Assembly: GCA_040265115.1 (NCBI GenBank)
Contig: JBDQGZ010000002.1
Location: 1-38,163, forward strand
From: Candidatus Nanopelagicales bacterium
GTDB lineage: Bacteria; Actinomycetota; Actinomycetes; S36-B12
Length of the DNA: 38,163 nt
Reading direction: 5' to 3'
Positions 1 through 9,300 of this stretch are shown here, in pieces; the stretch's first letter is position 1, and each line of letters starts with the position of its first letter. The position numbers and the translations under genes were made by a program. Under the pieces are notes generated by a model. The model was not told the origin of the DNA. It did not search any database and saw nothing but the letters and a program-made list of their open reading frames with translations.

Positions 1-755
1 ATAACCCCCGCTGCGGTCGAAGGCAATCGAGTCGACCACACCCGATGATCGGAGATCTTCTCCCGCCGTCGTGGCGGGCAGACGCAGGACCCACTGCCAG
101 GCCCCCGCGGTCGTCATCTTGCCGACGAAACTCTCCTGGGGACCGAATTCCTCGCCCGCGATCGTGATGGCCTCGTTGGTGGTCCGACCGGGGTTAGCAC
201 CTGCGATGATCGCGCCGCCGCTCACCGAGAGGGACGCGGTGATGTCGTACTCGAGGGGTGCACTCCACGTACTTGGCCCGTTCTGCGGAACCGCGGCGAA
301 GGCGGCATTGGGTGTGCGCCCTGTCGTCGCTGGATTCGGGGTCACGTAGTTCGAGTACGTGACTTCCGAGGCACGGCCATATGGGCTCACCGACCACACC
401 CCGAACTCCACGGGAACGCCATTCCTCAATCCTGTGATCTCGATCGAGCCACCGTTGCCACCGGATGCCAGGACCTGCAGGTAGTTGGTCATCCCGATGC
501 CACGGATCCGGTAGGCGAACACGTTGGAGGTGTCCTCGGGTGCGTCCCAGGTCACGGTGGCGCGCTCATTACCGGCGATGGCTCGAACGTTCCTCACCTC
601 CGGCGGGGCCTCGGTGTTCGCTGCCTGCACCCCCTCTCCCGACGTGGCCTCCCCCGGATTCGCCGAGGCGACCCGGCGGGCAGTCCGGCCATGAGGCCCA
701 CGGCGAGGGCGGAGGAGGAGAGCAGTGACACGAGGCGTCGCGCAGATCCGGCCAT
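1..755 (-). pseudogene. Secreted fibronectin-type-III (FN3) domain protein. The 3' end runs off the window, and the signal peptide and mature part lie in different frames.
   Basis: The minus-strand frame with codons 1-3...628-630 is open from 759 to the window edge. It reads ...NTEAPPEVRNVRAIAGNERATVTWDAPEDTSNVFAYRIRG...GGSIEITGLRNGVPVEFGVWSVSPYGRAS, which is FN3-like. It has no ATG/GTG/TTG upstream of GTG 630. A classic signal peptide (MAGSARRLVSLLSSSALAVGLMAGLPAG, ATG at 755) lies in another frame and stops after 53 codons. A 1-nt shift near the GGG run at 672-674 would join them as ...LPAG-VASA/NPGE. Confidence 0.5.
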
Positions 756-835
756 GGGATCAACCTAGGAGGAACCTCAGGGGCGGCGAATGAATTCGGA
801 CAATCCGGGGCACTAGCTCCCCACGAGGAGTGACC

Positions 836-2221
836 TCAGGAGGGGTTGCGCCACCCACCGAGGAAGCGGGTGAAGCGATCCGCCTCATGCGGGCCCCAGG
901 ATCCGGGCTCATAAGCGATCACCGGCGGCGGGGCATCGAGGACCGGCTGCACGATCCGCCAGGTCGCCTCTACCGAGGGCCAGCGCGGGAACAGGGTGTG
1001 ATCCCCCAGCATCGCGTCGTGCAGGAGCCGCTCATAGGGGGTCGGCAGGTCACCGAGCGTGGAGGCGAAGTCGAGGCTCAGCATCTCCGGCTCGACCTCG
1101 TCGACTCCCGGCTTCTTCACCCGCACCCCGAAGGACACCCCCGAAGGCTCCCCGATCCGCAGGAGAACATCGTCATGCCCGGCGACCCGCTGGGTGCGAT
1201 CCCCCCAGGTGAACTTCGGGGCCTTGCGGAACCGCACCGCGACCTCGGTCGCCTTCACCGGCAGCTTCTTGCCGGCCCTGATCACGATCGGCACCCCCGC
1301 CCACCGCCAGGTGTCGCAGTGCAGCCGCACGGCGACATAGGTCTCGGTGTCCGAATCCGGCGCGACCCCCTCGATGGAGCGGTAGCCGTCGTATTGACCG
1401 CGCACGACGTCGTCCGGTTCAAGCGGTCGGATGGCACGGAACACATCGAGACGACGATCCCCGATCGGATCGTCCCCCGCGCCCGGGGGCTCCATCAGCA
1501 CGAGGGCGAGCACCTGCAGCAGGTGGTTCTGGACCACATCACGCAACGTCCCGACATGGTCGTAGAAGCTGCCGCGGTCCTCGACGCCGAAGGATTCGGC
1601 CATCGTGATCTGGATCATCTCGACGTATTGGCGCCGCCACAGCGGCTCCAGCCAGGAGTTCGCGAAGCGCAGAAAAGCGATGTCCTGCACCGGTTCCTTG
1701 CCGAGATAGTGGTCGATCCGCAGGATCTGATCCTCATCGAGAACCTGGTGCAACCGGGTGTTCAATTCGATCGCGGTCTCTAGGCTCGTACCGAACGGCT
1801 TCTCGACCGCGACGCGGGCGCCCTCGACGAGGCCGGCCGCCCCGAGCTGCTCGACCACCGGGCCGAACAGCGACGGTGGGATCTCCAGGTAGAACAGTGG
1901 GTGATGCGCTCCGGTGAGGTGAGCCACCAACCGGGTGTAGAGCCCTGCATCGGTGAAGTCCCCGCCCACGTAGGTCATCCGCTCGACGAGACGCGTCAAG
2001 ACCTGCTCGTCGACATCCGACCCCTCGACGTTGTGGACCGCCTCGCGGGTCATCTCCCACAACTGCTCATCGCTCAGGTCTTGAGCGGCGACCCCGACGA
2101 CGGGAATGGTGAGCATGCCGCGCCGCTCGAGGTGATACAGCGACGGAAGGGTCATCTTGTGGGCGAGATCCCCGGTGATGCCGAAGATGACGAGCCGGTC
2201 GGAGGGAGTGCGATCGGCCAT
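836..2221 (-). CDS. zwf: Glucose-6-phosphate 1-dehydrogenase (stand-alone Zwf, 461 aa)
   Basis: N-terminal dinucleotide motif [18 protein letters not shown] and the G6PD active-site signature RIDHYLGKE. It is a full-length ORF. Confidence 0.9.
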   Translation of the reverse strand: MADRTPSDRLVIFGITGDLAHKMTLPSLYHLERRGMLTIPVVGVAAQDLSDEQLWEMTREAVHNVEGSDVDEQVLTRLVERMTYVGGDFTDAGLYTRLVAHLTGAHHPLFYLEIPPSLFGPVVEQLGAAGLVEGARVAVEKPFGTSLETAIELNTRLHQVLDEDQILRIDHYLGKEPVQDIAFLRFANSWLEPLWRRQYVEMIQITMAESFGVEDRGSFYDHVGTLRDVVQNHLLQVLALVLMEPPGAGDDPIGDRRLDVFRAIRPLEPDDVVRGQYDGYRSIEGVAPDSDTETYVAVRLHCDTWRWAGVPIVIRAGKKLPVKATEVAVRFRKAPKFTWGDRTQRVAGHDDVLLRIGEPSGVSFGVRVKKPGVDEVEPEMLSLDFASTLGDLPTPYERLLHDAMLGDHTLFPRWPSVEATWRIVQPVLDAPPPVIAYEPGSWGPHEADRFTRFLGGWRNPS

Positions 2222-2277
2222 CGTGGCCCCTTCGGTCTCGGAGTCCAGATCCCCCGCGGATCCGGACCAGATTCTCC

Positions 2278-2613
2278 TTAGAGATACAGCCCGGTGTGTC
2301 TAGCACCATCGCCCTCGGTAGCGACAGCGTGGATATCGCGTTCGCGCAACAGGACGTATGCACGGCCCTGCAGTTCGACGCTCGCTCGGTCCTCTGGCTC
2401 GAACAGCACCCGATCCCCCACCGCCATAGTCTTCACATTCGGACCGCAAGCGACCACCTTCGCCCAGGCAAGCTTGCGTCCCACCTGTGCCGTGGCGGGA
2501 ATGAGAATGCCTCCGCTGGAGGTGCGCTCACCGTCCTCATCGGCGGAGCCGACGAGGACTCGGTCGTGCAGGAGCTTGATGGGGACCGAACCATCGGCCA
2601 CGGGTGCGCTCAT
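2278..2613 (-). CDS. GroES/Cpn10-like single-domain protein
   Basis: [11 protein letters not shown]...[12 protein letters not shown]...[10 protein letters not shown]...VGDRVLFE follows the GroES beta-barrel pattern. I chose ATG 2613 (MSAPV...) with GAGG upstream. The ORF extends to 2685. Confidence 0.7.
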   Translation of the reverse strand: MSAPVADGSVPIKLLHDRVLVGSADEDGERTSSGGILIPATAQVGRKLAWAKVVACGPNVKTMAVGDRVLFEPEDRASVELQGRAYVLLRERDIHAVATEGDGARHTGLYL

Positions 2614-2626
2614 GGAATCTGCGGCC

Positions 2627-2935
2627 TCAGCGGCACATGCAGTAGCGGCGCGCGCGCCGTGAGCGGCGCCAGCGCCGCAGGACAACGAGGGTCACCACAG
2701 CACCCGCCGCCATCGCGACGCGCTCCGGGCGGACCCCGCCGTATTCATCGACGAAGAATCCCGTCACGGCCGCCTTTCCCCGGCGCACGAGCGCCGACGG
2801 GGCTGTCTGCTCCTTCAACTGCGCGATCGAGGCCACCAGGTCATCGCGGGCCGCGGCGATCTCGGCCTGCAATTCGGCTTCATTCGGTTGCCGCTTCTTC
2901 GAGGCTGCTTCGCTCACGGCGCCCACCCTAGCCAT
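2627..2935 (-). CDS. DUF3618-like small membrane-anchored protein
   Basis: N-terminal coiled segment EAELQAEIAAARDDLVASIAQLKEQ plus a C-terminal hydrophobic helix and an Arg-rich tail. The start is ambiguous (ATG 2935 or GTG 2980). Confidence 0.55.
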   Translation of the reverse strand: MARVGAVSEAASKKRQPNEAELQAEIAAARDDLVASIAQLKEQTAPSALVRRGKAAVTGFFVDEYGGVRPERVAMAAGAVVTLVVLRRWRRSRRARRYCMCR

Positions 2936-2984
2936 TCCTTCGCACTCGCGACCCCTTGGACCACGGAATCCCCCAAGCACTCTT

Positions 2985-3003
2985 ATTGCAACTATTTTGC
3001 ATC
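2985..3003. promoter_or_regulatory. Candidate metalloregulator (Zur/MntR-type) operator in the divergent promoter region
   Basis: An AT-rich patch in a GC-rich intergenic region holds the inverted repeat TGCAA(2987-2991)-CTATT-TTGCA(2997-3001). It lies about 30 nt upstream of the metal-SBP start codon. Confidence 0.3.
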
Positions 3004-3031
3004 TACTCCCTTTTCGCCATAGGGTCTCCCC

Positions 3032-4039
3032 ATGCGTCGATCTCTGCTGGCCTCCCTGGCCGGAGCCTCTGCCCTCGTCCTCACCCTCTCCGCCTGCGGC
3101 GGAGATTCCAACTCCGGGTCAGACTCCAGCAGCGACGGCCTCATCGTGGCCACGACGGTCTCACCGCTGACCAATATCGTCTCCGTTGTCGGTGGTGATG
3201 CGGTCACCGTCGAGGGCATCGTCCCCGAGGGCACGAACTCCCATACCTTCGAGCCGGAGCCTTCAGCCGCCGAACTGCTGAGCAAGGCCGACATCGTGTT
3301 CGTCAACGGCTTGAAACTTGAGGACCCCACCATCGAGCTCGCTCAGGCGAACCTGAAGGAGGGCGCGGAGATCGTCGAGATAGGCACCCGAGTGCTGCCC
3401 GAGTCGGAGTACCTCTACGACTTCTCCTTCCCCGAGGAGGAGGGCAAGCCCAACCCCCATCTGTGGACCGATCCGAACTACGTGATCGCCTATGCCGACC
3501 TCGTCCGCGAGGTCTTGAGCGAGCGTGATCCTGACAACGCGGCCACCTTCACCAGCAACTTCGATGCCTTCGTCGTCGAGGTCGACAAGCTCGAGGCGGC
3601 CCTCCTCGCCGACCAGGAGACTCTGTCCCCTGATCAGCGCAAGCTCGTCACCTACCACGACGCCTACGCCTACTTCGCCAAGAACTACGGCTGGACCGTG
3701 GTCGGAGCCATCCAGCCGGACAACTTCGATGACCCGGCACCGGCGGAGGTCGCGAACCTGATCGAGCAGATCAAGGCCGAGGGTGTCACCGTCATCTTCG
3801 GCTCCGAGGTCTTCCCCTCCGCCGTCCTCGAGGCAATCGGCAGCGAGGCCGGCGTTCGGTACGAGGACTCGCTTCGCGATGACGACCTTCCGGGAGCGCC
3901 CGGCGAGGCGGAGCACAATCTGTTGTCGCTGCTGCAATACAACTACCGGACCATGATCACCGGACTCGGTGGGACGACGGTTGCTCTTGACGCCCTGGTC
4001 TTCGAACTCCCCACCGACAACGCCTACTACCCGCAGTAG
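3032..4039 (+). CDS. Metal (Zn2+/Mn2+) ABC transporter substrate-binding lipoprotein, cluster A-I (ZnuA/TroA/MntC family)
   Basis: Lipobox LTLSAC-GG, plus the family motifs NSHTFEPEPS, NPHLWTDP and TYHDAYAYF. It lacks the long His-rich loop typical of ZnuA. Confidence 0.85.
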   Translation: MRRSLLASLAGASALVLTLSACGGDSNSGSDSSSDGLIVATTVSPLTNIVSVVGGDAVTVEGIVPEGTNSHTFEPEPSAAELLSKADIVFVNGLKLEDPTIELAQANLKEGAEIVEIGTRVLPESEYLYDFSFPEEEGKPNPHLWTDPNYVIAYADLVREVLSERDPDNAATFTSNFDAFVVEVDKLEAALLADQETLSPDQRKLVTYHDAYAYFAKNYGWTVVGAIQPDNFDDPAPAEVANLIEQIKAEGVTVIFGSEVFPSAVLEAIGSEAGVRYEDSLRDDDLPGAPGEAEHNLLSLLQYNYRTMITGLGGTTVALDALVFELPTDNAYYPQ

Positions 4040-4040
4040 G

Positions 4041-4811
4041 GTGAAGCGCGTGAAAGCCGCCCCACTGATCTCCCTGCGGGGCGTTGCGGCCGGCTACAAG
4101 GACTCCGTCGTCATCCGGGACGTTGATCTCGACATCGACACCGATACGTTCACGGGAATCGTCGGGCCCTCCGGGGCGGGCAAGACGACGTTGCTGCGCC
4201 TCCTGCTCGGCTCCCTCGAGCCGTCACATGGTGCGATCGAACGCGCACCCGGTGTCGCGGTCTCCTACGTACCCCAGTTGGAGACGGTGAACTGGAACTT
4301 CCCGGTCACCGTCACCGAGTGCGTGCTGATGTCGCGCGGTGGACGTCGCGTGCCGTGGCCGAGTCGCAGCGAGAAGGCCGAAGCCGCCGCTGTGCTCGAC
4401 CGACTCGGGATCGGCGATCTGGGTCATCGACACATTCGCGAACTGTCCGGTGGCCAGCAGCAGCGCATGTTCCTCGCCCGGGCACTGATCCGTCGCCCCC
4501 AGATCATGCTGCTCGACGAACCGACCAGCGGTGTCGATATCTCGACTCGCCACGACGTGCTCCACCTGCTCGCCGAGTTGCACGACGACGGCATGGGCAT
4601 CGTGTTGACGACCCACGACTTGAACGGCATGGCGGCGCACCTACCCGATCTGGTGTGCGTGAACGGACGCATCGTTGCGCATGGCACGCCGGAAGACGTC
4701 ATCACTCCTGCCGTCCTGGAGCAGACTTTCGGCGCACGCATGGATGTCCTGCAGCATCTCGGCATGATCGTCGTCGTCGACTCCTCCGGCCCCGGCCGAT
4801 TGGCGGGCTGA
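4041..4811 (+). CDS. Metal ABC transporter ATP-binding protein
   Basis: Walker A GPSGAGKTT, signature LSGGQQQR and Walker B MLLDEPTSGVD. The start is taken at GTG 4041, just after the SBP stop (alternative GTG 4050). The ORF's upstream extension overlaps the SBP gene. Confidence 0.85.
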   Translation: MKRVKAAPLISLRGVAAGYKDSVVIRDVDLDIDTDTFTGIVGPSGAGKTTLLRLLLGSLEPSHGAIERAPGVAVSYVPQLETVNWNFPVTVTECVLMSRGGRRVPWPSRSEKAEAAAVLDRLGIGDLGHRHIRELSGGQQQRMFLARALIRRPQIMLLDEPTSGVDISTRHDVLHLLAELHDDGMGIVLTTHDLNGMAAHLPDLVCVNGRIVAHGTPEDVITPAVLEQTFGARMDVLQHLGMIVVVDSSGPGRLAG

Positions 4812-4815
4812 TCCC

Positions 4816-5694
4816 ATGGAGGCGCTCTTCGATCCGCTGCAGTACGGCTTCTTCCAGCGCGGGCTGATCGTCGCGACCCTATCCGGCGCACTGCTCGGGT
4901 TCATCGGTGTCTACATCGTCCTGCGCGGCATGAGTTACATCGGTCACGGCCTCTCCCACGCGATCTTCGGCGGATTCGCCGCGATGCAGTTGTTCGCTGC
5001 ATCCTTCTATGTTCTCGGTGCCGGGCTGTGGGGGATCGCGTCCGCCATCGCGATCACGAATGTCGCACGGCGCAGTCGACTCGGGGCAGACGCTGCGATC
5101 GGTGTCATCACTACCGCATCCTTCGCCCTCGGTGTCGCCCTGTTCGCGAAGTTCGGCTCCAGCGGACCGGCCTTCGACAACGCCCTGTTCGGTTCGATCC
5201 TCGGCATCAGCAACTCCCAGATCGTGTGGCTCCTGCTCGTCATCGCCTTCACCGCGATCGTGGTGTTCACCCGCTACCGCGCCCTGCTGTTCACGACCTT
5301 CGACCCCGAGGTGGCCGATGTGTCCGGGGTGAAGGTCGGGCGCACCGAGGCACTGCTGATGGTGGTGCTGTCCCTGTCCATCCTGGTCACCCTGACCGTC
5401 ATCGGCGTCACCCTCGTCGCGGCCATGCTCGTCATTCCCGCGGTCATCGCTCGCATGTTGACTGACTCGTTCGGTCGCATGCTGGTGCTGTCCACCATCA
5501 TCGGTTCGATCTCCGGTCTGGTGGGCATGTATCTGAGCTACTACGCCGGCGTTCCCTCGGGAACGATGATCGTCCTGGTCGGAGCAGCCGCATTCCTCGT
5601 CGTCCTCGCGATCACCGGGGTTCGCGGAATGCGCCGCACGATCGGCCTCGACAGCCACGCCGCCCCTGCGACGAAGGAGTCGATCCGGCCATGA
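4816..5694 (+). CDS. Metal ABC transporter permease (ZnuB/MntB/TroC family)
   Basis: A 292-aa polytopic membrane protein that follows the ATPase by 4 nt. Its family-typical N-terminus is FQRGLIVATLSGALLGFIGVYIVLRGMSYIGHGLSHAIFGG. Confidence 0.85.
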   Translation: MEALFDPLQYGFFQRGLIVATLSGALLGFIGVYIVLRGMSYIGHGLSHAIFGGFAAMQLFAASFYVLGAGLWGIASAIAITNVARRSRLGADAAIGVITTASFALGVALFAKFGSSGPAFDNALFGSILGISNSQIVWLLLVIAFTAIVVFTRYRALLFTTFDPEVADVSGVKVGRTEALLMVVLSLSILVTLTVIGVTLVAAMLVIPAVIARMLTDSFGRMLVLSTIIGSISGLVGMYLSYYAGVPSGTMIVLVGAAAFLVVLAITGVRGMRRTIGLDSHAAPATKESIRP

Positions 5695-6167
5695 CGTCAG
5701 CGGTCCGACTCGAACCTGGCGATATCGCCCCGGCCTTCACCCTCGACGACGATCACGGTCAGAGTGTCTCGCTGTCCGACTTTGCCGGCCGTCAGGTCAT
5801 CCTCTATGCCTATCCGGCAGCCATGACACCCGGGTGCACCACGCAGGCGTGCGACTTCCGTGATTCGCTCGCGTCGATCTCTGCGGCCGGCTATGTCGTG
5901 CTGGGCATCTCTCCCGACGCGGTCGACAAGCTCGCGGAGTTCCGGGAGCACGACGGGTTGAGCTATCCGCTGCTGAGCGATCCTGACAAGGCCGTCCTCA
6001 CCGCATACGGTGCCTACGGCGAGAAGAAGCTCTACGGCAAGGTCGTCGTCGGGGTGATCCGCTCGACGTTCATCATCGGCGCAAACGGCCTGATCGAGGA
6101 GGCCCGCTACAACGTCAAGGCGACCGGTCATGTCGCGAAGCTGCGTCGCGACCTCGGCATCGATTGA
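5691..6167 (+). CDS. bcp: Thioredoxin-dependent peroxiredoxin Bcp
   Basis: PAFTLDDDHGQSVSLSDFAG...YPAAMTPGCTTQACDFRD contains the peroxidatic Cys motif. There is an ATGA overlap with the permease stop (5691-5694), and AAGGAG lies at 5674-5679. Confidence 0.9.
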   Translation: MTSAVRLEPGDIAPAFTLDDDHGQSVSLSDFAGRQVILYAYPAAMTPGCTTQACDFRDSLASISAAGYVVLGISPDAVDKLAEFREHDGLSYPLLSDPDKAVLTAYGAYGEKKLYGKVVVGVIRSTFIIGANGLIEEARYNVKATGHVAKLRRDLGID

Positions 6168-6205
6168 GGCGTTTCCCTGAGCGACTAGGCTGAGGGCCGC
6201 TTCAC

Positions 6206-6288
6206 GCGGGTGTGGCGGAATTGGCAGACGCGCAGGATTTAGGTTCCTGTGTCCGATGGACGTGAGGGTTCAAGTCCCTCCACCCGCA
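6206..6288 (+). tRNA. tRNA-Leu (anticodon TAG), class II with a long variable arm
   Basis: Acceptor stem GCGGGTG/CACCCGC. The anticodon stem CAGGA/TCCTG has loop TTTAGGT, giving anticodon TAG. The variable arm is TGTCCGATGGACGT and the T arm is GAGGG-TTCAAGT-CCCTC. The discriminator is A, and no CCA is encoded. Confidence 0.9.
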
Positions 6289-6291
6289 CGC

Positions 6292-6879
6292 TTAGAGCAA
6301 ATCCGCCAGGTGTCGAAAGGCCTGGCCACGGTGGCTGATGGCGTCCTTCTCCTCCGGCGACATCTCCGCGGTCGTGAGCTGCTCCCCCATCGGAACGAAG
6401 ATCGGGTCGTAGCCGAACCCGCCCTCACCATGAATCTCCTCGGCGAGCCGCCCTTCGAGCACGCCTTCGACGATCTGCTCGGTCCCCGACGACGGATCAA
6501 CGACCACGGCTGCGCACACGAACTGCGCACTTCGACGCGGCGCAGGAGTCTCGGCCAACTGCCCCAGCAGAAGTTCGAGGTTAGCCCGGTCGTCACCATG
6601 ACGACCGCACCAGCGAGCAGAGTGGATCCCCGGCATTCCGTTCAGCGCGTCCACGCACAGTCCTGAATCGTCAGCGATGGCCGGCAGCCCGGTGAATTCC
6701 GCTGCTGATCGCGCCTTCAGTAGGGCATTCGCAGCGAAGGTCGAACCGATCTCCTCGACGTCTGGTGCCTCACCGGGAAGCGGCAGTAGTTCGATGTCGG
6801 CCCCCGAAGCGGCGAGGATTCGCGATACCTCCTCAACCTTGTGCGCATTGCGCGTCGCCATCACATAGGTGCGCGGCAC
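6292..6879 (-). CDS. rdgB: Non-canonical purine NTP pyrophosphatase (XTP/dITP diphosphatase), RdgB/HAM1 family
   Basis: ATRNAHKVEEV...GSTFAANALLKA...DDSGLCVDALNGMPGIHSAR...GFGYDPIF. I chose the GTG start at 6879, 2 nt after the rph stop. The ORF extends to 6936. Confidence 0.9.
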   Translation of the reverse strand: MPRTYVMATRNAHKVEEVSRILAASGADIELLPLPGEAPDVEEIGSTFAANALLKARSAAEFTGLPAIADDSGLCVDALNGMPGIHSARWCGRHGDDRANLELLLGQLAETPAPRRSAQFVCAAVVVDPSSGTEQIVEGVLEGRLAEEIHGEGGFGYDPIFVPMGEQLTTAEMSPEEKDAISHRGQAFRHLADLL

Positions 6880-6881
6880 GG

Positions 6882-7610
6882 TCAGTCTCCGGTGTTGCTG
6901 AGGGCCTCGCGCTGCAACTGGGTCAACTGCGCACAACCGGCTGTGGCAAGGGCGAGCAACTGGTCGAGCAGGGCCTTGTCGAATGGCTCCTGCTCCGCAG
7001 TGCCTTGGACCTCGACGAAACGGCCGTCTCCGGTCATCACGACGTTCATGTCGGTGTCGGCATTGACGTCATCGTCGTAATGCAGATCGAGGCGCGGCTC
7101 TCCGCCGATGATCCCGACGCTGACGGCCGCCACGGAATCGGTGAGCGGGTCCCCGGTCACGTGCCCCTGACGCTTGGCCCAGGCGACCGCGTCGGCGAGG
7201 GCCACATAGGCGCCAGTGATCGCGGCCGTGCGGGTCCCGCCATCGGCCTGAAGCACGTCGCAGTCGAGCACGATGGTGTTCTCGCCTAACGCATCCATGT
7301 CGATGATCGCTCGAAGGCTGCGCCCGACGAGACGCGAGATCTCCTGGGTCCGACCGCCGAGCTTGCCCTTGACCGACTCGCGATCACCGCGGGTGTGGGT
7401 GGAGCGCGGGAGCATCGCATACTCCGCCGTGACCCAGCCGCGGCCGGAGTCCTTCAACCAGCGCGGGACTCCTGGGGTGAAGGAGGCGGTGCACAGGACG
7501 CGGGTGCGACCGAAGCTCACCAGTGCCGACCCCTCAGCCTGTTCGATCCAGCCTCGAACGAAGGTGACCGGGCGAAGTTGATCAGCGGCGCGTCCATCGG
7601 ATCTCGTCAT
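6882..7610 (-). CDS. rph: Ribonuclease PH
   Basis: [13 protein letters not shown]...[17 protein letters not shown]...[14 protein letters not shown]...[16 protein letters not shown] are typical RNase PH motifs. 242 aa. Confidence 0.95.
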   Translation of the reverse strand: MTRSDGRAADQLRPVTFVRGWIEQAEGSALVSFGRTRVLCTASFTPGVPRWLKDSGRGWVTAEYAMLPRSTHTRGDRESVKGKLGGRTQEISRLVGRSLRAIIDMDALGENTIVLDCDVLQADGGTRTAAITGAYVALADAVAWAKRQGHVTGDPLTDSVAAVSVGIIGGEPRLDLHYDDDVNADTDMNVVMTGDGRFVEVQGTAEQEPFDKALLDQLLALATAGCAQLTQLQREALSNTGD

Positions 7611-7648
7611 GAGGACGACCCTAGTCCTGGAGTACTCGGCTGTTGGGG

Positions 7649-8407
7649 TCAGATCGAGAGGGTGAGGCCGGGGGTGGCGATCGTGACCTCGCGCCCGAAG
7701 CCAGCCGAGCCCTGCTCCGCGCTCAGCGCGGGGTCGTTCCAGGCCACCAGGTGGGTGAGCACGAGGTGCGCGACCTCAGCGGCGGCCGCATGTTCCCCGG
7801 CCTGTCGCGCGCTCAGGTGGACCGCATCCTCGGGAGCACCGTCGAGGTAGGACGCCTCGAATAGCGCGATGTCCGCACCCTGCGCCAGATCGACGAGTGC
7901 GCGCGTCGGGGCCGTATCCCCGGAATAGACCACCGACCGACCACCGGCATCAACGCGGATCGCATAGGACTCGACCGGATGCACCGTCGGCGTCGTGGTG
8001 ACGGTGAACGGACCGATCTCGAATCTCGCCGGACCGCCGGCGCCATCTCCCAGGGATGCGAAGTCGAATCGGCGGCGCATCTCGGTGTCGTCCACCATCC
8101 CGTAGGCCCGTGCCAACTGCTCCGCGGTTCCTTCCGGGCCGAAGACCGGGATGGACGGCAATTCACCCTCGGGGTGATAGTTGCGGTACACGTAGAACGA
8201 GGTCATATCGATGCAGTGATCAACGTGCAGGTGCGTGAGCAGCACCGCATCGATGCTGGCTGGAGCAATATGGCGCTGGAGCGATCCGAGGGCACCATTG
8301 CCGAGGTCGAGCACGATCGATGCTCCCTCGTGCTCGACGAGATAGCAGGAGGCAGGGGAATTCGGCCCGGGAAAGGATCCCGCGCAGCCGATAACGGTGA
8401 CCTGCAT
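7649..8407 (-). CDS. MBL-fold metallo-hydrolase, the syntenic equivalent of mycobacterial Rv1339
   Basis: HLHVDHCID (HxHxDH) metallo-beta-lactamase motif. 252 aa, located between murI and rph. Confidence 0.8.
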   Translation of the reverse strand: MQVTVIGCAGSFPGPNSPASCYLVEHEGASIVLDLGNGALGSLQRHIAPASIDAVLLTHLHVDHCIDMTSFYVYRNYHPEGELPSIPVFGPEGTAEQLARAYGMVDDTEMRRRFDFASLGDGAGGPARFEIGPFTVTTTPTVHPVESYAIRVDAGGRSVVYSGDTAPTRALVDLAQGADIALFEASYLDGAPEDAVHLSARQAGEHAAAAEVAHLVLTHLVAWNDPALSAEQGSAGFGREVTIATPGLTLSI

Positions 8408-8436
8408 GGCTGAAGCCTACGGGGACCCAGGACGAG

Positions 8437-9270
8437 TCAGGATCGATTGAACGCTGGAGTGTGCTCGACCTCGCCGATCTCCGGGCCGAGGAATCGCTGG
8501 CCCAGACGGGTGAAGTCGCCTGCATCACCCGTGGCAATGAATCGATGCTGTGGCGGCGCATCGTCGGATCGCAGGAGGTCATGCGCCACGAGGGTGCGAT
8601 AGACGTCTTTCGCCGTCTCCTCCGCACTAGACACCAGCGTCACCCCGTCACCCATGACATAGGAGATGACGCCGGTGAGCAGCGGATAGTGGGTGCAGCC
8701 GAGCACGAGGGTGTCCACCCCTGCGTCCTGCAGCGGTGCGAGGTATTCCTCGGCCACCCCGATCAATTCCGGGCCGCTCGTCACTCCCGCCTCCACGAAC
8801 TCCACGAAGCGCGGGCAGGCCTGGCTCGTCACCCGTAGGTCCGGGGCGGCGGCGAAGGCGTCGTCATACGCCCCGCTAGCAATCGTCGCCCGCGTCCCGA
8901 TCACGCCGACACGGCGATCACGGGTCGCTTGAACGGCACGTCGGACCGCGGGATGCACCACCTCGACCACCGGGACGTCGTATCGCTCGCGAGCATCGCG
9001 CAGCACCGCGGCACTCGCCGAGTTGCACGCGATCACGAGCATCTTCACGCCGGAGTCGACGAGGTGATCCATGATGTCGAGGGCATAGGAGCGGACTTCT
9101 GCAATCGGGAGCGGGCCATAGGGCCCGCGAGCGGTATCCCCGACGTAGTAGATCGGCTCGTGGGGCAGTTGGTCGAGGACCGCGCGCGCCACGGTCAGGC
9201 CGCCGACTCCGGAGTCGAAGATCCCGATGGGTCGGTCCCCGATGTCGATTGCCTCGCGCATGTCGCCCAC
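8437..9270 (-). CDS. murI: Glutamate racemase
   Basis: [13 protein letters not shown], the catalytic Cys motifs ACNSASA and GCTHYPLL. 277 aa. Confidence 0.95.
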   Translation of the reverse strand: MGDMREAIDIGDRPIGIFDSGVGGLTVARAVLDQLPHEPIYYVGDTARGPYGPLPIAEVRSYALDIMDHLVDSGVKMLVIACNSASAAVLRDARERYDVPVVEVVHPAVRRAVQATRDRRVGVIGTRATIASGAYDDAFAAAPDLRVTSQACPRFVEFVEAGVTSGPELIGVAEEYLAPLQDAGVDTLVLGCTHYPLLTGVISYVMGDGVTLVSSAEETAKDVYRTLVAHDLLRSDDAPPQHRFIATGDAGDFTRLGQRFLGPEIGEVEHTPAFNRS

Positions 9271-9300
9271 GATCGTTCAGGCTAGGCCTAGGCTGCCCCT

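Noticed and set aside
6168-6300. tRNA-Leu as an integration hotspot marking a genomic island.
   Set aside because: There is no integrase, no partial tRNA direct repeat, and no compositional break next to it. The flanking genes (bcp, rdgB, rph) are core housekeeping genes.
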